Shown one piece after another: positions 23,734-35,031 of a DNA stretch of 64,000 nucleotides. The position numbers and the translations under genes are program-made. The notes below the pieces were generated by a model. That model was given only the letters and a program-made list of their open reading frames with translations, had not been told where the DNA came from and did not search any database. Location: contig BROI01000007.1 of NCBI GenBank assembly GCA_027923505.1, positions 1,054,001-1,118,000 on the forward strand, in the 5' to 3' direction. Every line of letters starts with the position of its first letter. Position 1 is the first letter of the stretch. Source of the DNA: Mayamaea pseudoterrestris. Taxonomy: Eukaryota.

Positions 23734-25122
23734 ATGACGACTATTGACAACCGCATTAGCCAGGATTCGCTTGTCGGCGGCGGACACAAGCACTCGCTTC
23801 GTTCGGGAACTCGTGGCGCGGAGGAGCGTCTGGAGGAGGAGGCCTTGATTCAGGAGGAGGAAAAGATGATGGATGACGATATCTTTTCGGAGGATTCGTC
23901 GCACGGCGAGGACGACTCTCCTACGCTTGGTCGAAACGGTACCGCCAAGTCGACGGGAGATGGTGATGATGACGAATCTAGTCATCATTATGGTCTCCGC
24001 AAGCGGCGGCGTCAATCTGGATCGGACTTGGAGCGACTAGAAATGTTTCAGTGCTCCAAGGCTGGCGGACTTGCCAAGTCCAGCAAGGCAAAGCCTGCTT
24101 CATCTGCCAAGTCGCTACTATCACCGGCCTCCAAGGCCATGCCGCCGCCTGGTACGCGGGGAAGAAAGTCCAAGAGTGGTCAAAAGGCGCTTGATTTTGG
24201 TGGTTTGAACCACAAGGACATTTCTCTCGTTCCGAATCCGCTGTCAATGATTGGCGATTCGCTCTTTGATGATGGGGCGGCGGCTGCTCCGCCGAATGAT
24301 AAACGCAAAGTAAGCATTAGCACGCAGCCTGTAGTTGGGCGAAAGCGAGGCTATTCTATTGATTGTAAGTGCCTGCGAAAGGTGCTGCTTGGGATGAATA
24401 GCTTCACGCAAGGAAGTCATTCACTCACTCTGTTTTACTCTTGTTTTTAATTAGCTTTGGGCGGTCTTTCTGCTGCCTTTTCCGACGACAATTCTTCCCA
24501 AGCTGCTGCACCGGCTGATGCGGCTGGTCGCGAACGCGCCTTTAGCTTCGAGTGTTTTGCTTTTGGTCTCAACCCTGACGAACCCTTGCCGCCGCTGGAA
24601 GCTACATCAGCTCATCTGGCCATGGCGGATGCTCAAAACCATCGGCCGCGAGGTGACTCGATTATCTTCGACCCCGTCAGTTTTCAGGACGGTGGCATTC
24701 ACGAGCAGACGGCTCTTTATAGCATTGATGACATTCCTGTTCTTCCTGGTGCCCCTCGACCGGTCACCACCAAGGCTGCTTCTTCATCCATCAAAACATC
24801 TTCTCATGCACCTTCAACGAAACGTCCATCTACGTCTCACACGTCGCCAGGCTCAAGTGCATCAACTGCTCAAACATCATCGCGGACGCCTGCTCCTCCT
24901 TCTAACACTGTTTCCTTTTCGATGGAACTATTGAATCGCGACGGCCGCATTGGAATCTACCTGCCTGAAGCTCGGCGAGCACGTATTGCCCGCTTTCTCG
25001 CCAAGCGTCAGCGCCGCGTCTGGCGCAAGCGCATCAAGTATGATTGCCGCAAGAAGCTTGCGGATTCGCGTCCCCGCATCAAGGGTCGCTTTGTCAAGCG
25101 AGCTGAGAATGAAGGGGAATAG
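23734..25122 (+). CDS. CCT-domain protein
   Basis: C-terminal RIARFLAKRQRRVWRKRIKYDCRKKLADSRPRIKGRFVK. Intron 24365-24454. Confidence 0.9.
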
Positions 25123-25755
25123 AATTTACTGCTGGACACCATGACTTCACACTGTTGAATTATAATTAATAGCACACGAACACCTATAGATCACCTTTTT
25201 TGTTATCAGCTTGACTGCATACGTACTTTGTTGTAGGGGGTGACTGGCGCTTTAAGACGATTAAGCCATTATTCTCACACCTCGTGTAATTAAACCTATG
25301 CTATACCTGTAGTATTTCATGCGATACAATATATCTGTTTTGTAGCAGTACTCCTTCCATAACTTATGCGCGTTTTCCGTCTAATAGTTGCGCCTATCAA
25401 TATGGAGAAACATTGTAAAAACAGTCGGTTGGAATCCTACAAGCGACGGTACGTCCAGCTATGTAATTCAAGACATTGGAGAGGGTGAATGGCTTGCGTC
25501 ATTTGCCTCACCTCGATGGTCCACTGGCTCGGGATGACTTGCTTTGTTTCTAAATTAATTACATGCCGTCTGGCCGCCACGACAAGCAGGCATTACGCGA
25601 GAATCGTTTGTAAGTTGCGAGTAGATTTTCGGTTGCTACACGGAATGACTTGTTGACAACAGTCTACAGTTTATGAGCTGACGAATAAGAGAAAAAAGTG
25701 CCACCTTAAATATTTTAGTGCATAGAATCAAAAGGTCTTTATGAGATGCGATGTC

Positions 25756-26589
25756 TCATTTTGATTCGTGTACTGATGCTGCAGCACCTCCCTTGACAAT
25801 CGTATTACCGAATGAGTCCAGCTCAGGCTCCGACTCGTACTCATCAGACTCCAAGTCATCATCGCTGGGCGGCAAATCATCGGGTCTGTCATGATCTTGT
25901 TCGACCTGAGCCTCAGCATTGGAAAGCCAATCATTCTGCTTGTCAACAACGTCAGCGCTGTCGGAACACGATGCGTACAAATCCAGAACCTCCTCGTTCA
26001 ACTTTACAAACTCCTCGCCCCACGAAAACTCGCTCAACACTGCTTTGGCAGCGTCCTTTTTGTTACAAATATAGAGAGTAGCCGCACAAGCTTCAGCGCA
26101 ACTGAGCTTACTCGGTCGCCCATAATTTACAGTATTGGCTGCCACCATGAATGGCAAAAGTCGATGATGACCTGCTTGCATCTGCTTGAATGGAATCTCC
26201 GCCAGTCTCGCCCAGGAACAGTCGATCAGCGACATGCCCGACTCTTCCAGTATTTTCGCATCCGCTGGACTCACAGAAACTGTCGCCTGAGGACTCAGCA
26301 CGATTCCGCGAAAGCTTTGCTTCAGATTCATTCGCTGAAAGATCCCACGTTTCACCAGTCGAGCTCCAGTACATCGCTTTGGATCACACTGAGCAAAGTC
26401 CCACATGCGAAGTGAAAGTCCCTTCAAAGGATCCATGACGACTGCTTGGCAGTAATCCTGCGAGTCGTCTTCGTTTCGTTTTAAAACATCCTCGTCGCGA
26501 CTACCATGCTGATTGTCTTCCTCCCTTGCTCTATGAGCGGGCCGATTGTGTTGCTGCGTCTTTGGTTTATATGCTTTGGCTTTCCCCAT
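25756..26589 (-). CDS. TSR3: 18S rRNA aminocarboxypropyltransferase
   Basis: Motifs MWDFAQCDPKRCTG, IDCSWARL, LLPFMVAANTVNYGRPSKLSCAEA and FSWGEEF, plus an acidic tail. Confidence 0.96.
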   Translation of the reverse strand: MGKAKAYKPKTQQHNRPAHRAREEDNQHGSRDEDVLKRNEDDSQDYCQAVVMDPLKGLSLRMWDFAQCDPKRCTGARLVKRGIFQRMNLKQSFRGIVLSPQATVSVSPADAKILEESGMSLIDCSWARLAEIPFKQMQAGHHRLLPFMVAANTVNYGRPSKLSCAEACAATLYICNKKDAAKAVLSEFSWGEEFVKLNEEVLDLYASCSDSADVVDKQNDWLSNAEAQVEQDHDRPDDLPPSDDDLESDEYESEPELDSFGNTIVKGGAAASVHESK

Positions 26590-26863
26590 GTCGTCGTTGC
26601 CTGCCTGTGGAAGCGTTTTTCGTTGCAACAATCGAAATCGACGAATGGATGGCGCCCATCGAAACGGCTGTCCGGAAGTGGATCATGATGAAAACGAAGC
26701 AGCTGCACACGTTTTCAAACGTGAGACGCTCATCGCGGTCACACTTTCAACCTTGACGACTATGATTAATATTAAGAACGAGACAAGGTAGCAAGTGAGC
26801 GTAAATCGCTCATGCTTTAGAATCACATGTTCAGCGCTATAATCTATGGGTTCAAGAGAAGTT

Positions 26864-28062
26864 CTAAAACATTAATCCAGCCAGTCCCAAGGCGGCATCC
26901 GTGACACTACCAAGCACTCGTCGACCACTTGATCCGCTGTCACCACCTTCATCAGAAGGCAAGACACCTTCCAATGCCGTGGGACAGAGGCGTTGAATAG
27001 TACGTCCATTGAGTGGCTGCAGAGGCCGGCCCGTTGATCCAGACGGAGCGGCAACGCTTGCCAACTCGCAAGTGCTTGGATCAGTATACTCCAGAACCAA
27101 GCTCGTCAAGCGGACATATTCGCGGACGGAAATGCTCAGTGGCGTATCAATCACATTCCAAAGCACAATTTCCGAGCATGGTGGCGTCGTCAAGGAACCG
27201 TTGTATTGATACATGGTGGCCCCTTCTGGCACCAAGTCGTAAAAGTTGAAGGCAGCCAGATGGCGCTGGGCTTTTAGAAGTGCTCTTTGGCGATGTTCGT
27301 CGGACTGTGTCGTTGCTCCAACGCAAGCTGCGGCAGTAGCATTGGCTGCCGCCTCCCATCCTGTCAACAGGTCCCCAAAAATAGGTGAATCGGAAGGATT
27401 AGTCGGTACGACAAACAAGCCGAGGACGGAGAATCGATCACCGTTTTCCTCGGCGTGCACCAAATGCAAATCAGCTCCAAAGTAGGCTCCATCGATAGCA
27501 TGGTCGCTTCCAGTATGCATGTGAAACTGAGAAGCGATGAATTTGTTGGCTTGGTTTGGGACCCTCATACTGGGTGGTTCGCACTGGTCGCTTAGATAGG
27601 TGACTTGAATGGCATGGCCCGATAGGGTGTAGTTCATGTCATTGCTAGTACATGTTCCAGCCTATTGCATTAGAGAGTAAAGAAAGTTTGTAAGTCGAAC
27701 GGCTCATAAACCAAGCTTCATAATGGACAGCACCAAAAGGCTCGAGAGTCAAGAGTCAAGAGCAACTTACGGAGAATTTGTAGTCGACAAAGTCGTCACA
27801 ACCACTCGTTGGAATATCAATGCCTGACTGCGCTGATCCTCCACATTGATTGTCTTCGATCTGTGCATGAAGGAGATGGTATTTAGTTCTGAGACATTGT
27901 TGATATGACACAATGATGTACATGTCAAACAAACAAGATACTCACATCAATATCGGCCCAATTGTCAGGACCATACTCATGGGAAGGATCGTAGCTGTAA
28001 AGATGCTCCTCCGCGAGAGCATAGAGAGGAAGGAGGGCACCGAGTGTAAATAGCAGCTTCAT
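26864..28062 (-). CDS. Secreted alpha-carbonic anhydrase, copy 1 (3 exons)
   Basis: Signal peptide MKLLFTLGALLPLYALA; motifs YGPDNW, QFHMH, ADLHLVH (three Zn His), GSLTTPPCSE and RPLQPLNGR; hydrophobic C-terminal tail. Confidence 0.93.
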
Positions 28063-28418
28063 TATCGGAGTGATGGATGGGACGATGGCTCGTCGAAATT
28101 GTGAGCCGCAAATATTGATGCGGATAATAATGATGCACGCGCGAGCTATGGAGGAAAGCGCCTTGGGCCTGAAACTGTGACGTTGAAGCTTCTCGTTGCA
28201 GGCACACAGAACCTCACACGTTCGCTTCGATCGTGTTTCCATCGCCTGGCGTCATCGCTGGCATTTTCCACTGGCTCGCCGGAGCGTCCGGTAAAACGTC
28301 ATTTTCGCCCAAAAACGTCGCACCGTTTCTAATTTTTAGTCGTGGATAAGATTTGATTGGCGAAAATGCGCGCGTGCCAATCCAGTCTATGCTTGCGCGC
28401 CAACGGATCGCCAAAATT

Positions 28419-28538
28419 TACTTTCAGACATTGTCTGAATCAGAAAGATACTTTCAGACATTGTCTGAATCAGAAAAGTACTTTCAGACACTGTCTGAAA
28501 GTGAAAGATACTTTCAGATTTTGTCTGATTAAGCCTAA
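28419..28538 (+). repeat. 4 x 30-bp tandem repeat with palindromic core TTCAGACA-T-TGTCTGAA
   Basis: Units start at 28419, 28449, 28479 and 28509. Confidence 0.95.
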
Positions 28539-29080
28539 TTTTTCTGAATAGCTTATGATTGGTCGTGGAGGCAGCTGTTTCCATTGAAATGTCTTGATGG
28601 TATGACTGCCACCAACCAAGTTTTCGACGACGACGACCATGGCACCTTCGAAAAGCACTGACTAGCCATACAGCTTGTTGCAATACATGTTATAAATGGT
28701 CATTCGTGTCAAGAACCTGGCAATATAGTAATGATTTCCCAGGGAAAGGATGATGTGTTGGCTGCATGAAGCGGAACTGGCGCCTGGGCCCCCATGAACA
28801 CAAATCGTGTCGTCGTGAGCTCCACAGGCCCCTCACGACCAAACCAACTTGACAGATCCAATCGCCATATATTAGTTAGTCTATTTAGAAGACGAAATTA
28901 TTAGAATTGGCCTTCTATAGCTTGAGCTGACAGTGGTAGTGCTTATAAGTGTATGCACGGCAATGAGCGTTGTCGAAGGCATCAAGTTCACCGTCATGGA
29001 TGGCTGCACATGATAAATGACTTTTGTGACCATTGATATTTACAGCGTCTGCGAAAAGTACTTTAAACGTAATAGTAACA

Positions 29081-29191
29081 TACTTTCAGATTCTGTCTGA
29101 AAGTAAAAAGTACTTTCAGACATTGTCTGATTAAGCCAGATACTTTCATTGTCTGAATCAGAAAGATACTTTCAGACATTGTCTGAAAGTA
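29081..29191 (+). repeat. 4 x ~30-bp tandem repeat of the same palindromic family
   Basis: Units start at 29081, 29111, 29141 (4-bp deletion) and 29167. The last has perfect 12-bp arms: TACTTTCAGACA-T-TGTCTGAAAGTA. Confidence 0.95.
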
Positions 29192-29725
29192 GCAAATCGC
29201 AGACTTTGAAACAGCTGGATGGGCTGGCGCGCCGCGCCGGCATGGCTTTCAACTGATCTTCGAAGCGTCAACGGAAACTTGAGTGCCAGTATGACATTTA
29301 GTCACGAAAAGTCATTTTACCGGACGCTCCCGTTCGTCGTGCTCGACACCTAGCGAATTGCCCAGTGAAGGGCCATGGGCTATAGACACGCAAGCATAGA
29401 GTAATAAAGTGAATCACAAGGAATGGTTTCATTCCCTTTCTGCCGGCTTTTTATATCCTTGAACATTGCCGCTTTCGGCCTCAACAAATTGCCGGCAACA
29501 TCACAGCAAAGTTTGATGCCAGCCACTGGCAACTGTGATGCCACCATACTCTTGCAACATCCTGCTCGGCAGTGAACTAGGGTACAAGTACTTTACCACG
29601 GGAATTTACGATTAGCGAGCGAGAGCTAGAGTACAGAATTAAAATGTTCCTTTTTACTCATCTCTTACTCTTATATTTTTCCAATTATGCGCTTTCATCT
29701 CCAGCTAACTTCATCATAACCTAAC

Positions 29726-30895
29726 TTAGAAAAGCATACCAGCAATGCCGAGGGTGGCGCTCTTGACGCTACTCAACATGCGGCCGGATCCGCTTTCGCC
29801 TTCGTCACCCTCTGGCAAAGTTCCTTCCAAGGCAGTCGGGCAGACGCGGTTGATCGGGCGGCCGTTGATGGGTTGGAGCGGGCGACCAGTGAAACCAGAT
29901 GGCGCCGCAACACTGGCAGGTTGGCAGGTGGCAGGGTCAACATACTCGAGCACAAGCTGGGTGAGCCGAATGTACTCGCGAACTGAAATACTGACAGGAA
30001 CATCAACAACGTTCCAGAAGACAACCTCCGAGCATGGTGGAGTGGTGAGTGAGCCATCATATTGGTACATGGTAGCACCCTCGGGCACCAAACTGTAGTA
30101 GTCAAATTCGGCAAGGTCCCGGCTGGCCTGGCGAAGAGCACGGGTGCGGTCGCCGACGGATTGAGTGGTAGCATCGGCGCATGTGGCAGCAGTGGCGTTC
30201 GCGACAGCCTCCCATCCACTTAGCAAGTTGCCGAAGATTGGATTGTCCGAGGGGTTGGTGGGCTCCAAAAACAAACCGAGCACGGCGAAGCGGTCTCCTC
30301 CAACCTCCTGGTGGACCAAATGGACATCGGCACCAAAGTAAACTCCGTCAATGGCATGGTCACTGCCAGTGTGCATGTGGAACTGGAGCGCCTCGAAAGG
30401 GTTGGGCTGGCCGGGGACGGTCATGCGAGGGAGCTCACATTCGTCGGAAAGGTAGGTTGCCTGGATGGCGTGTCCCGAAAGCGTGAAGTTCATGTTGTCG
30501 GTGGTACAAGTTCCAGCCTAAAGCCAACGAAAAGGAAAATGTTTGAGACGCTGATGCATTGTTAAAATAGGGCACATTTACCCGACCTAACCCACATGTG
30601 GCCAAACGTACCGAAAAGGTGTAGTCCGCAAAATCATCGCAACCACTGGTGGGAACATCAATACCAGACTGAGCCGAGCCTCCGCACTCGTTGTTTGGAA
30701 GCTGTGGAAGTGCCGATAGAAATGGAATGGCGAGTTAGAAGGCTGTCAATTCGAAACTCAAGATATCAAAGATCGCTATTTGAAACATACATCAACTTGC
30801 GCCCAGTTCTCGGGACTGTACTCGTTAGATGGGTCGTAGCTGTAAAGGTCCGAGACGACATAGGCGGGGAGGAGGGCGGCGAGAACGATCTTCAT
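29726..30895 (-). CDS. Secreted alpha-carbonic anhydrase, copy 2 (tandem paralog, 3 exons)
   Basis: Signal peptide MKIVLAALLPAYVVS; motifs YSPENW, QFHMH, ADVHLVH and GSLTTPPCSE. Same intron layout as copy 1. Confidence 0.93.
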
Positions 30896-31690
30896 TTTAG
30901 CTTGTTGGTTGTTGTTGATGTTCGTGGAGTACGAGTTTCGAAATTGTGAGCAAGGGAATGTGATTGAAATGGGCGCATTTTGTCATAGGCTTGTCGTGAA
31001 TGAGGCAATGTTTGGCCTTGTCTCGAATACGTCAGTGAATTATCTGCTGGTTGTCAAATGAGGCTACGAGCTACTTCTTTGATTGGATGAAGGACAGAAA
31101 CAACGTCACCATCAAGGCTATCGCACGTGGATATATATACAAGGGACCCTTAAGCGAGGCTATTCATTACCTTCAACAAGCGAGTGACAGATGACGTATG
31201 ATGGATGCCACCAAAGATACTGGTATTCATGAAGGTGTTTGCCAGCGTCAACTTGAACTACAAATACCGCCGCGCTCCATAAAACTATCATTGATGCTTT
31301 ACTGGTATGTACTGTAGCGGTACTATGCATTAGTAGACCGCATTAGTAGACCGATCATTGCAAGCGCTCGATGGCAGCAGCCCATGCAGCGACAAAAGGT
31401 ACGAGAGGCGAATCTGCTGTTCGCCAGCAGCACTATGAGCTAATGTTGTAGCTAGTCGACGGTCGACTTGCCAAGAGTTGTTAAAATGGTTGGAAGATAT
31501 GTTTTGTGACTGGAAATACCAAAGCTAGTCTAATGAGGTGATAATCTTATAAAATCTTGTTTTTTAATGATCTAATGACGCCATTAACGATGGATGCTGT
31601 GTTATGGGCAGTGCTTTCTTCGTGACAACACCAATTGTTCTCGATTCAAAGGTAAAATGTACAGTACTTGTTAACATATAAGAGCTCGTT

Positions 31691-34600
31691 CTATCTCACT
31701 CCGTACCGCTGATTGTATTTGTCGAGCTGATTGATCTTAAATAGACCGAAGGGCAATCGAATGCCGCATAGTAGCGAAACTCCCAGGAGAGATTTGGATA
31801 GCAGCTTTGAGTAAGGAAACATCGTTCCAAGCGTCGCCACGCCTATTGCCGACTGCAAAAACAGTCCAGTAAATAGTAACTGTAGCATGCATCTTTGTAC
31901 AAGTTTGCTTCTTTCCATTTGACGCTCCACATCCAGTGCCCGAACTCGCAGCTTAAAATCTCCTCGTTCCAGTCGAGAAGCAATGTCTTCAATCTTGGCA
32001 GTTCGTCGAGGCTGTGTAATGGCTTCGTTAATATCAATGGGACGAAGGCCTACGCGCTTACCGATGCGCAAAAGCGTCGTCTTGATAGCATTACCGTCTT
32101 TCAAGTCCAAAAGCTCTTTCAAATATGGGGCTGTCAGCCTCGTTAGATCGTATTTTGGGTTCAATGTCTTGCCGATACCATCAATGGAAAAGAAGGCGCG
32201 AAAGACAAAGGTCCAAGTAGGCGGAAATACGAAGGGCGAGTCGCGGTTCAATGACAAGAATTCTTCGCCAAGCTTCGCTCGCCTCTCTCGATTAAGTCTC
32301 TTTCGTTCCTCTGGTGAAAGGTCAGTCTCCCACGCCACATCGCGTTTCATTGTTTCCTGTAAGTTGAAAACATGAGCAAGATAATGAGTAATTTTATAGC
32401 TAACGACTAGTCTCTGTCGACAAAGAAGCATACCTGGAAGCGATCAATAAAATCTTGGCCAACGCGTTCGACTGCGATTCTGTCGACATCCGGACCAACA
32501 CGGAGCATTCCTAGCCGTTCAAGTGCATTCATTGCATCCTTCACGCTGGAGTCGTAGTAAATGGCGAAAAAGAAATCGACCAAACCTTTCCGTTGTGCCT
32601 CGCCGAACGAATCCATCATGCCAAAGTCGTAAAAGATCAGCCTTGCCTTGCCGTCCGGAGATCGCTCCACGGCAACATTTCCTGGGTGAGGGTCCGAATG
32701 AAAAACTGGGAAGACACGGACGAAGTGGTCAGTTAGCTGTTCTCATACACGAACCTTTTGGACTCGCTAACTTACATCCATGACGACAGAGTTGCTCAAG
32801 AAACGTTTGAGCCATCTTTTCGCTAATTTCGATCGGGTCAAGCCCCGCTTCCAGAATCCTTTCCTTGTCTGTAATCTTGATTCCCGGAACATATTCCATA
32901 CCCAATACCTTCTCTGTCGTATATTCTGGATATGTTCGAGGAATTCGAATGTGACGAAACTTGACGGAGTCGAAGTTCTTTTTAAACTTGTCGCAGTTAC
33001 GCCGTTCGTTCATGTAATCAATCTCTTCGTAAAGCAAACGTTTGCTCTCTTCAAACACACTGACCCAGTCGCGTTTTGTATTTTTATCTAGAAGCCCGCC
33101 CTCGGATGTCAGGTCGAGAGCATCTGCAAACACAGCAACCTGCCGTAGCTGGCCCAAATCGACCTCAAAAAGCTCGCGCAAATACTGTCGTTGAATCTTT
33201 ATCGCAATAAGTTCCGACCCTTTGCGCGCGACATGCACCTGCCCGAGTGACGCTGCAGCCAAGGAGGTTCTATTGAATTCGTCAAACAGTTCGCCAATGG
33301 GTTTCCCAAGTTCTCTTTCAATAATCTCTACAGCCAAGTCGCCCGAGAAGGACGGCACATTATCCTGCAGCAACTTTAGCTGGTCAATGTATTCTTTTGG
33401 TACAATGTCAATTCGAGTGGAGAATAATTGTCCGACTTTGATAAATGTCTATGGAAAAGGGAGAAATTAGCGGCGCACAACGAACAGTCGCCAACGCAGT
33501 AAAAACATCCTACAGCCAACACGTACCGGCCCCAACTTTAGCAGATTGTTGGTAATTTCTGCACCCAGCTTCGATCGCTCCGACTTGAATCGCTCTTCCG
33601 ACCACTTGCCATTCTTGTACTGCGCCGTTATATGCCGATCCTTTAAATAGAATGAGCTAAAGTACGCCCAAATTTCTGCCGAACGCCTCATGATGGCCCA
33701 CTTTTTGGCGAGTGAACCCTTTGCCGCAATCTCGCCAGTTCTCTTCCATCCGGCTTGTAGCAAGTCGCCGCCCATGGTTTGCCGATCTTTTCTGGCCGCC
33801 TTTGTATTGCTCTTGATCAACGAGCCAGCCCACTTGTAGAACGATAAGACATACAAGGAAGGATAAGACGCCTTTCTAACCCAGCGCGTCGCTAGCGCAA
33901 CAGAGTAGTACAATGGTGCAACATTCAGATTCCGCAATATATCTTTTGTCCGCATCCGTCGGGTCTCTCGAAGCGTCGAATTTTCACCCAGCAGTACGAG
34001 CTGACTCCGTTGCAAATCGGCGTCATATTCCGCAATGAGCTCCTCGGCTCCCTTTCCATCCTTGGCCGACACAAAGAGCGGCGCATCGGAAAAGGCCAAC
34101 TCCTCGAGAGGCCGCACGAACCGCCGCTCCAGCTCCAAAAGCTGCCGCTCCAGTTCGTCCTGCTGGGCACGTTGAATCTTGGTCGTTAAATCACTCAAAT
34201 AGGAACTAAGCTCGCTTGATGAAGTATCTGGTAATCCAACAAGCTTATTGTCAAAACTTTCCGTCAAGTTTTTCAGCAAATCGGCAGTTCCATTGGATAT
34301 TTTGCTATTGATTTCGTCAATCAAATCAATCAAGTCTTCGGCTGCTTGTGACGCATAGGATGCTTGAAGCGTCGAGTTTGTAAGATTCATTCCCAAAGGC
34401 TCCTCAGCGCCAAGATTAATGTGAGTAGTATCAGTTGCTGTTACGTGCTCGCCATTGATTCTGATTGCAGGTTCCTGTGGACTGCGTCGCCCGTTAATGT
34501 ATGGGAACCGGCGCTTGACGCTTATTGCTGTCGACTCCTTCTCCTTGACTGCCGTGAACAATGACGAATGATGCTTCACATGCAGCGTCGAAAGAGTCAA

Positions 34601-34720
34601 TGGTTTGGAAATGAATCCGGAGACAAAAAAGCGTTCAGCTTGACATATGAAACCAATCAAAAGTAACCATGATTGCGGAGAAGTGCGAGACGCTGTCAAT
34701 GGGCGCCGACGTGCCGACAT
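31691..34720 (-). CDS. ABC1/UbiB atypical kinase, probably plastid-targeted, multi-exon
   Basis: Motifs [45 protein letters not shown] and FYDFGMM. Bipartite-like N-terminus. Confidence 0.93.
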
Positions 34721-35031
34721 TCTTTGTACAATTTTGATTAGCTAGACTCGCCAAACTATTGACTGAATTGTCGGCTCTCGTCTAATTCGCAAAGCAAAAA
34801 GGAAGGTAGCGACAGCAGACTCGAAGTGAAAAAAGGATAGTCAAGTCCAAGACTGATGGCAGCTTTCTGCGGTGCGACCATGCGCACTTCAATTTCGACT
34901 TCATCACCGGTACGACAGTTTGGAGTACGGCCGACGACCTCATGCATGTCGCAGTATTACCGCTGCGATTCCAACTTATTTCTTCGCCCATCATCGCTCC
35001 ATCTCTAAATCACATTCCATTAGTCACCACC

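Larger units (their letters stand above)
28281..29330. mobile_element. Non-autonomous DNA transposon / MITE-like element (1050 bp)
   Basis: Perfect 16-bp terminal inverted repeats GGAGCGTCCGGTAAAA (28281-28296 and 29315-29330), extending imperfectly to ~27 bp. Subterminal tandem arrays near both ends. No transposase ORF. Confidence 0.8.

Noticed and set aside
28419..29191. Palindromic 30-bp repeats as a CRISPR array
   Set aside because: The inter-repeat segments are only ~9 nt and are themselves repeated, there are no cas genes, the context is eukaryotic, and the arrays lie inside a TIR element.
31328..31353. 13-bp tandem duplications (CATTAGTAGACCG x2; similarly GTATGCACAGGCA x2 near 45875)
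   Set aside because: Ordinary slippage-type micro-duplications with no further structure.
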